DNA from: Tubiluchus corallicola
Taxonomy: Eukaryota; Animalia; Priapulida
NCBI GenBank assembly: GCA_030141605.1
Contig: JAQGDQ010000059.1
Location: forward strand, 372,001-436,000
DNA length: 64,000 nucleotides
Reading direction: 5' to 3'
Positions 27,801-39,601 of this stretch are shown here, piece after piece (position 1 is the stretch's first letter; each line of letters begins with the position of its first letter). The position numbers and the translations under genes are program-made. Under the pieces are notes generated by a model. That model searched no databases. It saw nothing but the letters and a program-made list of their open reading frames with translations, and was not told where the DNA came from.

Positions 27801-30800
27801 TTATATATAAAATCATGCATTGCAAAGCTGTTTCATTTGAAAGCATTCTTGAATGCGCAACTCAGTAACATTATTGACAGAGCCAATGCAATCATGCGAG
27901 TACTAATAACATCGGAATATATATAATTATGATAATAATATTTATCAATGATATTTGAAAATGAGTAGCATCACAATATCTAAGTATCTATATCAATAAC
28001 ATTACTTACTCTTTTACAAAAGTATTAATTCCTTTGCAAATTGATCGGTGGGCCTGGTCTAATAAAATCTGAAATAAAAGTTAAAGTAGCCATATAAACG
28101 AAAACTGCAAATGCATTCACTACATCTTACTTATCATACAGTCTAAACATTCAACAGTTCTAGCTATTGATAGAGAATGACTTTTCTCAGAAAAAAATTA
28201 CACGAATCAGTAAATGTTTTAACAAAATGGCAAAATTACTCGTGCGGCTTTCAAATGATCTGAATGAAATATAGTTTGAAAAGTATAACTTGTAAAGCAT
28301 TTGTGCAATTACGGAAAACGGTTATATACAAGTTCTTGTTAAAGTCAATTATGGATGTCAGGTCTAGCGGCCTGTTGAACAGAATAAAAAATATGCATAC
28401 ACAGGTGCAAGAAATTAAAAGATGGTAACAAAATTACTCACACTTAAAAATTTTTGCAGTTCCTCTAGTAGATCGGTCGTTTGTTCCAATGTTTCCTGTA
28501 AATCATACGCCTTGCTTTTAATAAATTTAGCATGAAGCTAATAGCCAACCCAAGTGTGTGATAAATTAACAAAATTAAGCGACTCTGAACCTGCTGGTAA
28601 ATGAATGAATGCCAAGACCACTACTTTTAACTTGCTTCATCTGCCATACTGTCCTTATTTATTGCTGTTAGAACATTATTCTTCATAAGGACATATGTAC
28701 TAGTCTTACCACAACCATTCAATGTTAGCAATAACAGGCCATGCCACAGAGTGCTAGATTCTGGCTTGCAGTGTAACACACAGCACAACAAAATCTTAAA
28801 CAACTAGAAAAAGAGCAGCACCTATGCTGTAAAGATATTATTTCCAATTCTCTTAATATTCCAACACTTTATACACACACTAAATGTTTCCTACTTAAGC
28901 TTCTGCTTCAATTATAACTCAAAAAGCTGATTAATTTTGATCATACAAATGAGTAAATGATCATGTTTCAAAGCAAAATTTCCTAGTAGCTACGAACTAT
29001 GTTTATACATACAAGCTACCCTTAAAATATTTTAATGTGTACAATGTGTCTGTTCAGTAGCCTGCGGCATATTTCTGATGTGTATACTAATCATCATGCC
29101 GTTGAGAGAAAAAAGTCAAACTGTTCTGCAGCTTCCTTACCAACATAGCACCATCGTCCCGAAAAATATCAGTCAGCGACTTCAAACCATCAACAAAATT
29201 CCTGCAGCAAAAAACATAAAACATGTTAATTTAAATATTTTGGTTTCTGCTAACATAAAGTTTTTTCTTATTTGAAAAATACAGCAAAAGAAAGAAGTAA
29301 GTTGTAAAACACAAGTACCTGGTGGAATCACTTGAGCCTGATGATTATAAAACTAACAGTCACCAAGAACATCCTAACACATTTATAAGAAGAAAATCAT
29401 ATGTCAGAGACTGGAACTGGTGCAGCTACTAAATTTCATATATACTCTCTGGACTAGGAAAATTACACCCAGAGGAGAACGATATTATCTTATGGAGAAA
29501 GGTATGACAGCTTTGGCCTGTCAGGGAAAAACTGTATGGCCACGAGCATGTAAACACTGCAAAATTTAAAAGGAACATGTTTCGTGGCATACCGGTGTTT
29601 TCATTGTAAGTCACATGAAATCAACTACAGCTGATGAAACTATAAGTGTGGTAATAGGCATTTTTTCTAGACAGGGTTTGACAAAGGTGCCAGTAAGTGA
29701 CTCTAAAGCTAAAGTTGCCAAAAAATATCAATAATCTTCTGAAATGATATTTTGATTGACAATTAATGATTCACAAGAGATCTGCACTAATATGTCTTCT
29801 GCTTTTTTCCATGCATTTTACTGTATGCATGTCAAACAATAAAGAAATTGACAAAATACAATTTTATTGCTTACAATGTAGCAATGTTATTATCAAACCG
29901 CTCTTCTTGTGGCAGCTGGCCCTCTCTTCTCCAAATAAAACATGAGTTTTCTATGCTACGAGATTTTGTTTATGAATCACCAATGCAGGCTGACCTTCAG
30001 CAACTAGTATTTAGATATATATCACAAGAAGATACTTTCAACAAAGTTATAACATGACCATTTTTTGCTTATGAGGCCATCCTCAAAAAGTTCACCATTT
30101 TTAGTTTTACTGTTAAGTGCATGGCTTCACACATCTAGACTGTATCACACATGTTTAATTAGCTTAGTCTGAGCATCCAAGAATTTGCATTCCCATAGCT
30201 AAATGTTTATACTTGATGGCCAGCTACCTTCCTGGCCTGGAAGCCAGATGTGGCACCCGGAAACACAGAGAAGCTTGGGAATGCCGAACTCGGAGTTCTC
30301 TTTACACAAACTAAGAATGCAAATAGTTTGTAGCAAAAGAATGTTTAAGAAAATAAGCTGAAGAAAAAGAAATTGTGTTCTTAAGCTCCCTACTCACACA
30401 AGGGAGAACAGAGTATGTAGCCTCAAGTTCATGTCCTGCTCAGAAAAAAAATGGGAAAAAGACAGTAAATGTGAAGTGAAGTTAATCAATGCCAAATCTG
30501 GTCAATAAATAGATAAGTGACCAATGGGAAAATTGCTTCTAGACAATTTCACTTGCCAAACTGCTACCAGCTATTTACCTCGCTAAGAGAGCATTTTGAC
30601 TGCAAAACACAGAGTAAAAAAGGATAGGGTTCGACAGGACATAACAAGATAAACAAAATAGAAAAGGGTGAAAGTAAGACCGAACTAACTGGTTTCAAAG
30701 AAATAAGAAAGACATTAATATTATATTTTTTCATGAAGAAATGATTCACGAATAATGTAACACTACATTTTGAACAATGAATATACATATCTGTGTTACC

Positions 30801-33800
30801 AATATAAAAATTTAGAGAAAATCTGATTCAAAGTGGATAGCTGACTCAAAAAGTCTAAAACATTTGCATCAAGTAACTTGACATAACCATAGGGTAAGAA
30901 AACAGACTTATAAGCCATAGAGAGTGATTATTCAATTTAATAGCTATTCTGAAGAGACAAATAATCAGTTATTGTAACTAGCATTTTAGCAATGTCCACC
31001 CAAGTTTAGCTTTCAAGTCCCACAAACTTCTGTAACTATTCAACACTCTACAACTAGGTCTTCTTTGCAGCACTTATTTAAAGTTTGATATTTCTGTATC
31101 TTATAGAACAACTAGGTTTATCAGAACTTGAAGTTTTTACTTTTCATTTAAAAAACAACATAAGAGTCTTGTAATAACTGTCTGCATGAATTCTTTGGAA
31201 AAATGAGCAACCAGCTGAGCATTGTAAACTATGGCATGTATGTTTTGTGAATTCTATATTATATAACCATCATAAATACCAACCTATTAGCATTGTGATA
31301 AACTTTTCCAGCAGCCATCATACTTGTGCATAGCTGTGTTATCTGCAAAATCCGAAGAACGTTTACAAGGGAATGTTTTAGCTGGTGAAAATTCTTTCAG
31401 TGGTAGGTCGTCTTGCTACCATTTCGAGAAAAAAGAAGTCTAACCAAAATAACAGCAGATCTGCTTTACTTCAAAGACATGTAACAGATGTGCGTTACAT
31501 AAAGCGATATACCAGCAAGCTAATTTTTTATAGAACCTACAGGCATACAGTGCAGTAAAAAGACAAACGTTAATTATTTTAGAACTAAATTTGTCGAATT
31601 TTAATCAGTCTATACACTACACTAATACCTACAACACTGCACACACTGTATTAATATAAATGAAAGTTTACTGGCACATTTTTTCAATTAAAACACAATT
31701 CAATATGTTTCTGACCTGCACATCAAGACAAAAGTATAAGTTGTCTGAAAATTTTACTGTTCAAGCTGGCTCTGAAAAGAACACTAGTCTGCCAAATTTC
31801 CAAAGATGTTAAGTTTTGCAACATATGGTAACAATACTTTAAATGCAATTTAAAACTGAGTGACCAACTAAATAACTGCTTAATTATGAAGCAGTACAGA
31901 AATTTTTTTCACAATACATTCTTACTTTTTGTAAACGTAATCCAAGTTGATCAATTTCACATTCAGCAGCCTCTAGGTCAGCTCTGAAAAAAACTAAAAT
32001 AATGAAGCTGAGCAGCAAAAAAGATGCTCCAGTGTAAAGTGAGACAGCTTACCAGTCTCCAATCTGCATAAGAAACACACACAAAAAAAAACACAATTCA
32101 TGTGTCTTGTTTTTGGTTAACATATTTTGTTGGCAGTAATGTCGGTCATACAACAGTAATTATGACAGCTGGACATGATCTGGTTGAACAGCCAAAATCT
32201 AGTAATAAAAGTTGGAAGACCATTGGCCATGGTACCGAACAGTCACACTTTTTTATGGAACACAAACATTTGATAATAAAAGTCATGGACTATGTCACAA
32301 TCACTTCCAGTAAATTAGTAAGAAATCTGCAGAGTGGACATGTACATACGTTTTTTTATAGTAGAAGGTCATAACTCACAAAGTTTCAAAAAATATGCAC
32401 TCAAGTTGGTTTAAATTGTAAATAAATTTTCACTTAGTTGCAATAATTATTTAGCTATGATTCAAACTAATGACTAGACAACAGCTAAATATAGTTGAAA
32501 TTTCCATGCACGTTCGCTTGCCAAGAACTTTGTACAATGATATCACGATATGAATCAAGACACTTATTCAAATTAAAATGATTGTCAAACCATACTAACA
32601 GTAACTAGTTATCACCTGCCGAAGCCAAGGACAAAGTATTTACAAATATTTGGAATTATTGCAACCAACTTAGTTTTCATTTAAAACAAGCATCTTTTTA
32701 CACTGCTTTTATTATTGCATCATTAAAATTTATGTACCCTGTTTCTTAGGGGTGGAAATAATCTAAAATGCAAAACTAATAGACTAAGAAGTCTGCGTAG
32801 CTAACCCAGCAATAAAATTAATCACAAAATCTGACATCACACTTATTATGTTTTACCTCTTCCTGTGAGTTCCTGTCTATGTATCTGAGTGACTCAGTCA
32901 TTGAGATGCCATAAAGACGATAGACAGTTACAGATTACATTAGTGTTACAGCTGCGTTACATGCGATGAATGTGTAAACGTCCCTTTTAAAGTACGTCGT
33001 AATACAGTATTTCATTCATTTACCAATTAAGTAATTTTAGTTTCTAAATTGTGATAGAAATATAGTTATGACTTATTTTAGGATAATTACTATTAATGCA
33101 AATTAAAAGTTTGGACGTTGTTCAAGATGTGCCACAACAGATTTAAAAATTTATGCTTTTAGTTTTTCAAGTATCACTCTGGGTGTACTGTACTGATTCT
33201 AGGTTTTCACTTCGTCGAAGGATGGTGTATACCATCCAAATATAGCAATGACATTTAGAACTGCAAGCTTATTATCTAATCTCAGAAGGTTATCCTTGGT
33301 AGTGAGTTAGGATCTAATTGTGCCAAAACCGTGCAACATAGGGCCGAGCCATATCCAAAAATGCTTAATTAAAATTTGCATTGTGCGAAATTATACAAAA
33401 ATACTTGGCACATTGCAATTAATATGAATTGCGTAGCAGCTAAGATACAGGGTACATTTTTAAATTGATCAATTTTAGACACATTGGCCACACAGAAATC
33501 TGTGACGTGTTGTAACACTTAGTGCATGTAATTTATTCTGGGCCATTCCTTAGTTAACGGTAATATGAACCTGTCAAGTAATTTACAACGAAAAATAAGC
33601 TTTTCTATACACATTTGCAATGACCTTTGACCTTTAGTTATGACTGGGGTTTACCACATTCTCCTGGTATACATTAAGAATTTTCAGTGATATGTGCCAC
33701 ACAGGGCCAAAAGATTACATTTTTAGGAGTGGACAACTCTGACATTTAGATAACCTGTAACCCACTGTACCATTTTGTATGTGCAAGGCTTCAGACAGCA

Positions 33801-36800
33801 TCAAATAATCGGCATTTGAAATAAGCCTTGCCATTTCACAATTAAACTGTGCCACTTCAATTATGCCCCTCTGTACATATTTTCTATTAAATGTCCTATT
33901 AATGAACTTGCATCTTTGACCAGTCCCATGAGATAGAATTGTTTTTATGTACAAGTTGTATCTTGCTGGCTGATATCCTGATTCAACAGTGGTCATCTAG
34001 CCAATTATTGACCAGGACCATTGTTGCTTAACCCAGCTGCTAAGCAGAGACAGTAGCTATTTACCTTGTCGCAAAAATTTTCTGGTGCTGTTAACATTGC
34101 GCTGGAAGTGCAGAAAAATTTCGGTACAGCAAAAATACACTAAAACGTACTGCTGTTACTGCCTCCGCCAAATATTTCCATACACAAAAATAAATTTTGT
34201 AAATTTTGTAATATATGAGTATTGAAGAAAATGTTTATACTAAAAAGAAAGAAAACTCATTAGCATGCATGAGTATGCACCATCTTAGTAAACTTCAAAT
34301 CTTCAATTTAGTACAAAATTTAATAAAATAAAATAATTTTTGACAATTTTTTTGTCTTACTTGAAATACGCTTGTGTTACCATATTCGTTTTCACCGTGT
34401 GTCCAACTCATTAAATTATAACTGCATTTCAGCAGAAAATCTATGATTTTTTGCATTATCTTAGCTGTACATTGCACACAATGTGGCTTCATGAACGTGG
34501 TTTAATAACTAGATCACAATATTAATTATACTATTATTGCAGAATTTTATAAACCATGCTACTCAGACTACAGTAGTCGTGAACCAGTCATTTTATTTTT
34601 GATTATTTATAATACAGTTACTTATTTAATCTTACTGATATAGCGAAAAAGAATGCTATAGTAAACTCTTAGAAAATCCTAAATCTAATATAAAAAATAG
34701 CTGGAAGATATTAAATCAGGCTATGAAGAAAAACTACCTTAAAGAAAGTTACACAAATTTCTTTGAACATGATGGCCAACTAATTAACGACAAAAATGAA
34801 ATTGCCAATCAGTTTGATAAATTTGTTGTAAATGTAGGACCAAAGCTGGTCGAGAATATTCCAAAACCAAAGAACGACCACAACATTTATGAAAATTTGC
34901 ATTTTAATGAGCGCACTATGTTTCTCAATGCAGTAGATGAGAAAGAAGTAATTAAGGTCACTAAAAGCTTCACAGATAAAAAGTCAACGGATGTAAATGA
35001 CTTTGATATGTCAGTTATAAAAAATGTAATCAGCTGTATTGTAAAACTGCTCGTCAACATTTGTAATCGGTCATTCTGCACTGGCACATTTCCAGAAAAG
35101 ATGAAATTTGCGAAAGTAATACCTGTCCACGAAGTGGATGATAAGATTGTTTTCACAAACTATAGACCGGTAGTTTTGCTCACGCAGTTTTCAACAATTT
35201 TAGAAAAACTGTTTGTGTTACGCATAGGTAATTTTATTGATAAATGATAAATTACTAAACTTACTTAGTAGCTGCCAGTATGGTTTTAGATCTCAGCGAT
35301 CCACTACCCTACCTTTGCTTGATTTAATAGAAGAAATTACTACTGGGAATGATAAAAAATGTTATACGGTTGGTGTATTTACAGACTTGAAAAAAGCATT
35401 TGATACGATTGAACATGAGTTACTTGTAAAAAAATTAGGAATATATGGAAGAAAGGGTGCTGCACAAGACTGGGTAAAAACCTACTTACAAAAAAGAAAA
35501 CAGTACGTTAAAATAGATAATAATGAATCTGAGTACTTAGACGTGATTTGTGGCATTCCACAAGGATCAGTCTTAGGGCCAAAATTATTTATTCTCTACG
35601 TTAATGATATATGTAATGTATCAAAATTATTAACGTTTATATTATTTACTGATGACACTACAATATATTCTTCTGGTAAAAATCTAAAACAGTTGTGTAC
35701 TAAAGGAAGTTCTGAACTGGACAAATTAAGCGACTGGTTCGCAATAAACAAGCTGTCGTCAAATTTAATCAAAACAAAACTTAAGATATTTATCAACAGG
35801 AAAAGTAATGAAACAGATATTAGTATTAGTATTAATGGAATGAGTATTGAAAGATTATATGTTACTAAATTTATTGGGGTGCAAATTGACCACAAGCTGA
35901 CATGGAAAGAACATATAAAAACTGTTAAATCGAAACTGTCTAAAAGTATTGCAATACTTTGTAAAGTTAAACATATTTTAAAGCAGGAATCACTGTATAC
36001 TCTTTATCCTTCATTAATTATGTCATACCTGTATTATTGTTCTGAAATATAGGGTAATACGTACATTACAAATGTAAAACCAGTATACATATTACAAAAG
36101 AAAGCTATAAGAATTGTTAGCAAAGTTGGTTATTATGATGATACTAATCCTTTGTTTTGTAAACGAAAAGCTCTAAAGATTTGATAAACTTCAAAACTGT
36201 ATTGGTAAAGTACAAAGCTAAAAAATGAGTTACCAGAAAACGTTTGCAAAAGTGAATCATGCGAACACGTTGTAACATGTAGAACGATTATTTTAAAATA
36301 CCCCTAGTAAGAACAAGAAAGAAATCGATGTGTATATCAGTTTTTGGTGCTAAACTATGGAATGACCTAGATAAAGGAATCAAAGAAAGTAAAACTATCA
36401 GTATGTTTTTAAAAAGCTTTAGATTGGCAGCTTCTATGAACGTATTGGTAAACAATTTTAAAAAGTATTGGGATAACCTTTTAAAATAATATGTAACCTT
36501 TAGTGATGTAATTTGTGATTTTAGATTGGTAATTTGTGATAGAGCCCAGATAGAAGTAAAATCTAAAAGGGGAAGGAAAATATAAGTTTTAACTTCGTCT
36601 TCTCCTTTTCTTGAGTGCTTTTATTGTTTTATATGTATGTGTAATATATTTTATATTAATGTGTGCAAATTTTATGTGTAACATGTAATTGTTTTTTAAC
36701 ATTGAATAAATTGAATTGAAATTGAATACTGATAGTAAAATGAGTTAATAGTCACTGATATAAAAAATCTGTTACAAACTAACTAGATCGTAATTTTTAT

Positions 36801-37474
36801 TATTGCAGAAATACTGTCAACTGTGCTGCCCAGACAGAATTTGTAATTTTTCTTTGTGAAATTCACTGCTGACTTATCAATCTGCCATAATTAGACTGAA
36901 AAGTGCATAGATTCAAATAAGATTAGTTTAAAGAAATACGTAAAAAATGAGATGTTCAAATTCAACTTGGTTTGATTTGATTGGTTTCGAAAATCATTTT
37001 AAATTGAGATACAGTTTAGATTCGGATTCGGCAATTTCAGATTCGTGACATCCCTAGTATCATGTAGTAGCTAGTACTAAATTTCAGTATATATACCGTA
37101 GGCCTATGTGAGTGGGGTGAATAAACCAGAGTTATAGCCTATCTAGTCAGGCAACTAATTCCCCATTGCAATTAAATGTAACTTCGTCTCATCTCATTTG
37201 CAGATTCGATTACAATTCTATAATTATAAATAATTATAATCATATGAATGTGGAAATGAATAACATAATCACAGTTTCAGTTAGTTATCTAAATGAATAT
37301 CTTAAATAATTATAATCATATGAATGTGGAAATGAATAACATAATCACAGTTTCAGTTAGTTATCTAAATGAATTCTTCAAAGTCAAATCCAGGCTTTAA
37401 CGAATTTAAAAAGCTATAACTTACCTAAATTTTGGCGAATCTTTTAAGCACTCTTCAAAGTCTAAGGGTGCCAT
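15804..37474 (-). CDS. ACAP2: Arf-GAP with coiled-coil (BAR), PH and ankyrin repeat domains (ACAP1/2/3 family, centaurin-beta), 19 coding exons, ~835 aa
   Basis: Exons: 37474-37425, 31983-31926, 31342-31284, 29201-29141, 28495-28442, 28068-28010, 27690-27462, 26907-26812, 25119-25045, 24434-24328, 23968-23816, 23615-23379, 20544-20419, 19911-19747, 19093-18876, 18020-17877, 17536-17295, 16710-16601, 16068-15804 (2508 nt, all GT-AG, in frame). N-terminus [17 protein letters not shown]; BAR ([17 protein letters not shown]); PH ([34 protein letters not shown]); ArfGAP zinc finger CADC...[34 protein letters not shown]; ankyrin repeats; C-terminal [17 protein letters not shown]. The symbol is at family level (invertebrate ACAP co-ortholog). 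Confidence 0.95.
16805..17049. mobile_element. hAT-like MITE, 245 bp, in ACAP intron 17
   Basis: TIRs CAGGACCAGCCTT / AAGGCTGGCCCTG (12/13 match). Degenerate 8-bp TSD TTTTTATC / TTTTCACC. Confidence 0.65.
22692..22757. repeat. Minisatellite, 3 x 22 bp (TTTGTTGATTACATTGACCAAA)
   Basis: Three exact head-to-tail copies with no spacers, in ACAP intron 12. Confidence 0.9.
25450..26400 (-). mobile_element. Degenerate Tc1/mariner-superfamily transposase relic (maT/DD37D-like)
   Basis: Minus-strand translation gives [23 protein letters not shown] (~25945-26010; F.DEK.F...QND motif) and [24 protein letters not shown] (~25650-25725; WPPxSPDLNPLDY.IW motif), with stops and frameshifts. Boundaries approximate; TIRs not resolved. 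Confidence 0.7.
34641..36726 (+). mobile_element. 5'-truncated non-LTR retrotransposon (CR1/L2-group LINE), reverse transcriptase pseudogene, in ACAP intron 1
   Basis: Frameshifted ORFs 34723-35247 and 35237-36052 with [50 protein letters not shown] and LFTDD. 3' end is AATAAA plus an (ATTGA)n tail. 8-bp TSD TACTGATA at 34633-34640 and 36727-36734. Confidence 0.9.
37227..37374. repeat. Exact tandem duplication, 72-bp unit with 76-bp period
   Basis: TAAATAATTATAATCATATGAATGTGG...TTATCTAAATGAAT occurs at 37227-37298 and 37303-37374. Confidence 0.9.
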
Positions 37475-38455
37475 TTTAAGGGCTCAACAACCCCTATAAC
37501 TCAGTAACCAAGTATTGGCAAGCGCCTACGGAACCAATCCTTGATGATGATTAAAGAATTTTAGATGCTTTATCTTATCCAAGATAAATTATTCGACGTG
37601 GGTTTTAGGTAAAATGGCAAAAAATAACAAAACTAGCACATAACTATTACTGTGTCGAAACTTCCGTCGAAATATCTGATGACATGATAATCCAAACTGC
37701 CCTATTACTAGCTACCACCCATTCACTAACTCATAATTTCTCTGCAACCAAAATAAATTTTGTTGTGACAGCAGCTTGGCGCAACTTGACTGCATCCTCA
37801 AAAATCTCGTTGCCCAAATTTATTTCAGCTGGATTTTGTTGCCGAAATCATTTTATCGACCCACACGAACGTATTATGATAATTATCTAAATAATTACTA
37901 TTAATATTATTAACCAATCATCAATAAATATACTATGGAAAAACTTTTGTCTTTCACTACTGAAAATATTTCTCAAAGATCTTAAAAGGCGTTGCTGTTG
38001 ATTTTTTCTCTAGTTATATTGAACTAGCGTCAAGCGATTATGTAAACCATTGCCATTTATGTTTGTCATTTTTGGTCTCTACTTTTATCAGTTAGAAAAT
38101 TAAAATATTAAAATATATGTAGATACTAGACAAACCCGTATAGGCGTTAATAATCTGGAAGTTTTCTAAACTTATAGTTCTACCATACTTGCATTTTACA
38201 TGAGTAGTGGTAAAATGTGAGAGCAGACAAATAATCGCAGATGACTTTTTTATAATCACGGCGAAAACACGTACATTATGTGTTTCAAAAATTCCTTTAT
38301 AATTTAAATTACATGTGCACTTTTATTCTTCATGTCAAGCTGATCATGGACTTATAAGTGGCAGCTAGAGAACAGTTCGAAAACATAATCTTCACTTACG
38401 ACATTTTCTCTTGTATGATTTCAATGTACAACAACTGTGTTAGTGAAATGAAGTA

Positions 38456-39240
38456 CAGTAGTCGTCGCTTAATAGACTCACGGTTAATCGTTAATTGACT
38501 CAAAAATGCCTGGAACAGGCAGCTTCTATTCAAACTATCGGTAATTGACTCAAATAACTTCGCTTAATCAACTCAATATTTTCTTTCACGTACTTAAAAT
38601 AAGTACCCAAACAGCCTTTCCTATTTTCCCTTTTGTGCATTATATGTGTAGAAACAATCATGTTACGTAGCATTTTGTTTGTAAACAGGTACGTTTATCA
38701 CACTAGCGTAGCGGTCGCCCACTGCAATTAACCTCGCTAGCCAAAAAATTTCTGGAAGCTAAATATTTAATCACTTGTCTAGCAGTTTCCTTTTGATGGT
38801 CTAGTTGCAAATCACGCTTTCAGGCTTAATGAGTTAATAGTCAAAGATGCAGGTACAGTAATCAGCCAGTATTCCTCGTGACTTGCAAGAGTAAACATCA
38901 TACAGCAAATAAGGGCATAGAATTAAGAAGTTTGAAAAATGGAGCATAAGCGTAAAGATCTAACGGTTAAGGAGAAACTGAAAGTTTTAGAGCTGTACGA
39001 TAAACTTCCAAAGATAGGGCAGAGGTGTGCAGCAGCGCAGCTGAAAATTTCCCAAAGTACTCTTGGCAGAATATTGGAAAAAACGATCTGAAATTGAGCA
39101 GTCAGCAAGCCAAAATGAGAATCTGGCATCCAAGAGGTGACGCACAGGAAACAAGGTCACCACGAAGCACTCCAAGCGCTAAATGTTTTACGAGAATACG
39201 TGCCTCACACAGCAACAGATTTTCAACATTTTATTATGAA
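38456..39240 (+). mobile_element. pogo/Tigger-like element copy 2, with N-terminal transposase (CENP-B/psq-type HTH) remnant; right end missing
   Basis: TA followed by the TIR CAGTAGTCGTCGCTTAATAGACTCAC; colinear with 14689-15200. ATG at 38939 encodes MEHKRKDLTVKEKLKVLELYDKLPKIGQRCAAAQLKISQSTLGRIL, then a frameshift (KRSEIEQ...ENLASKR*RTG). Rejoins copy-1-like sequence CAACAGATTTTCAAC near 39210. Confidence 0.85.
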
Positions 39241-39601
39241 ATAACAAGTTTTTAAACTTTGATTTATTATTATAAATTTTGATTCTTTATCGGTGAAACT
39301 AAGTATAGATTTAGTCTTAGTAATGCTTTTAAGAGACCAACTTATTACATGAAGTTACACATAAATAGTTTTTTTTATAGATGGACATTATACCAGAAGG
39401 GAAAATTCTGAAGCATTTGCTTATGATGTAGTTCTTGATGAATTTATTTATGGTTCTTCATAATTCACAGTAACGACCGAAGTTATCACACCCCGTTGTC
39501 CGATATGATCTTTTTTTCGTGGAAATCCTCTCATAAGGGCCCGGTAAATATTTGTTGGAAGGAGAATGGGTTCGTTATAGTGATAAACAGCTCTGAGTTC
39601 A

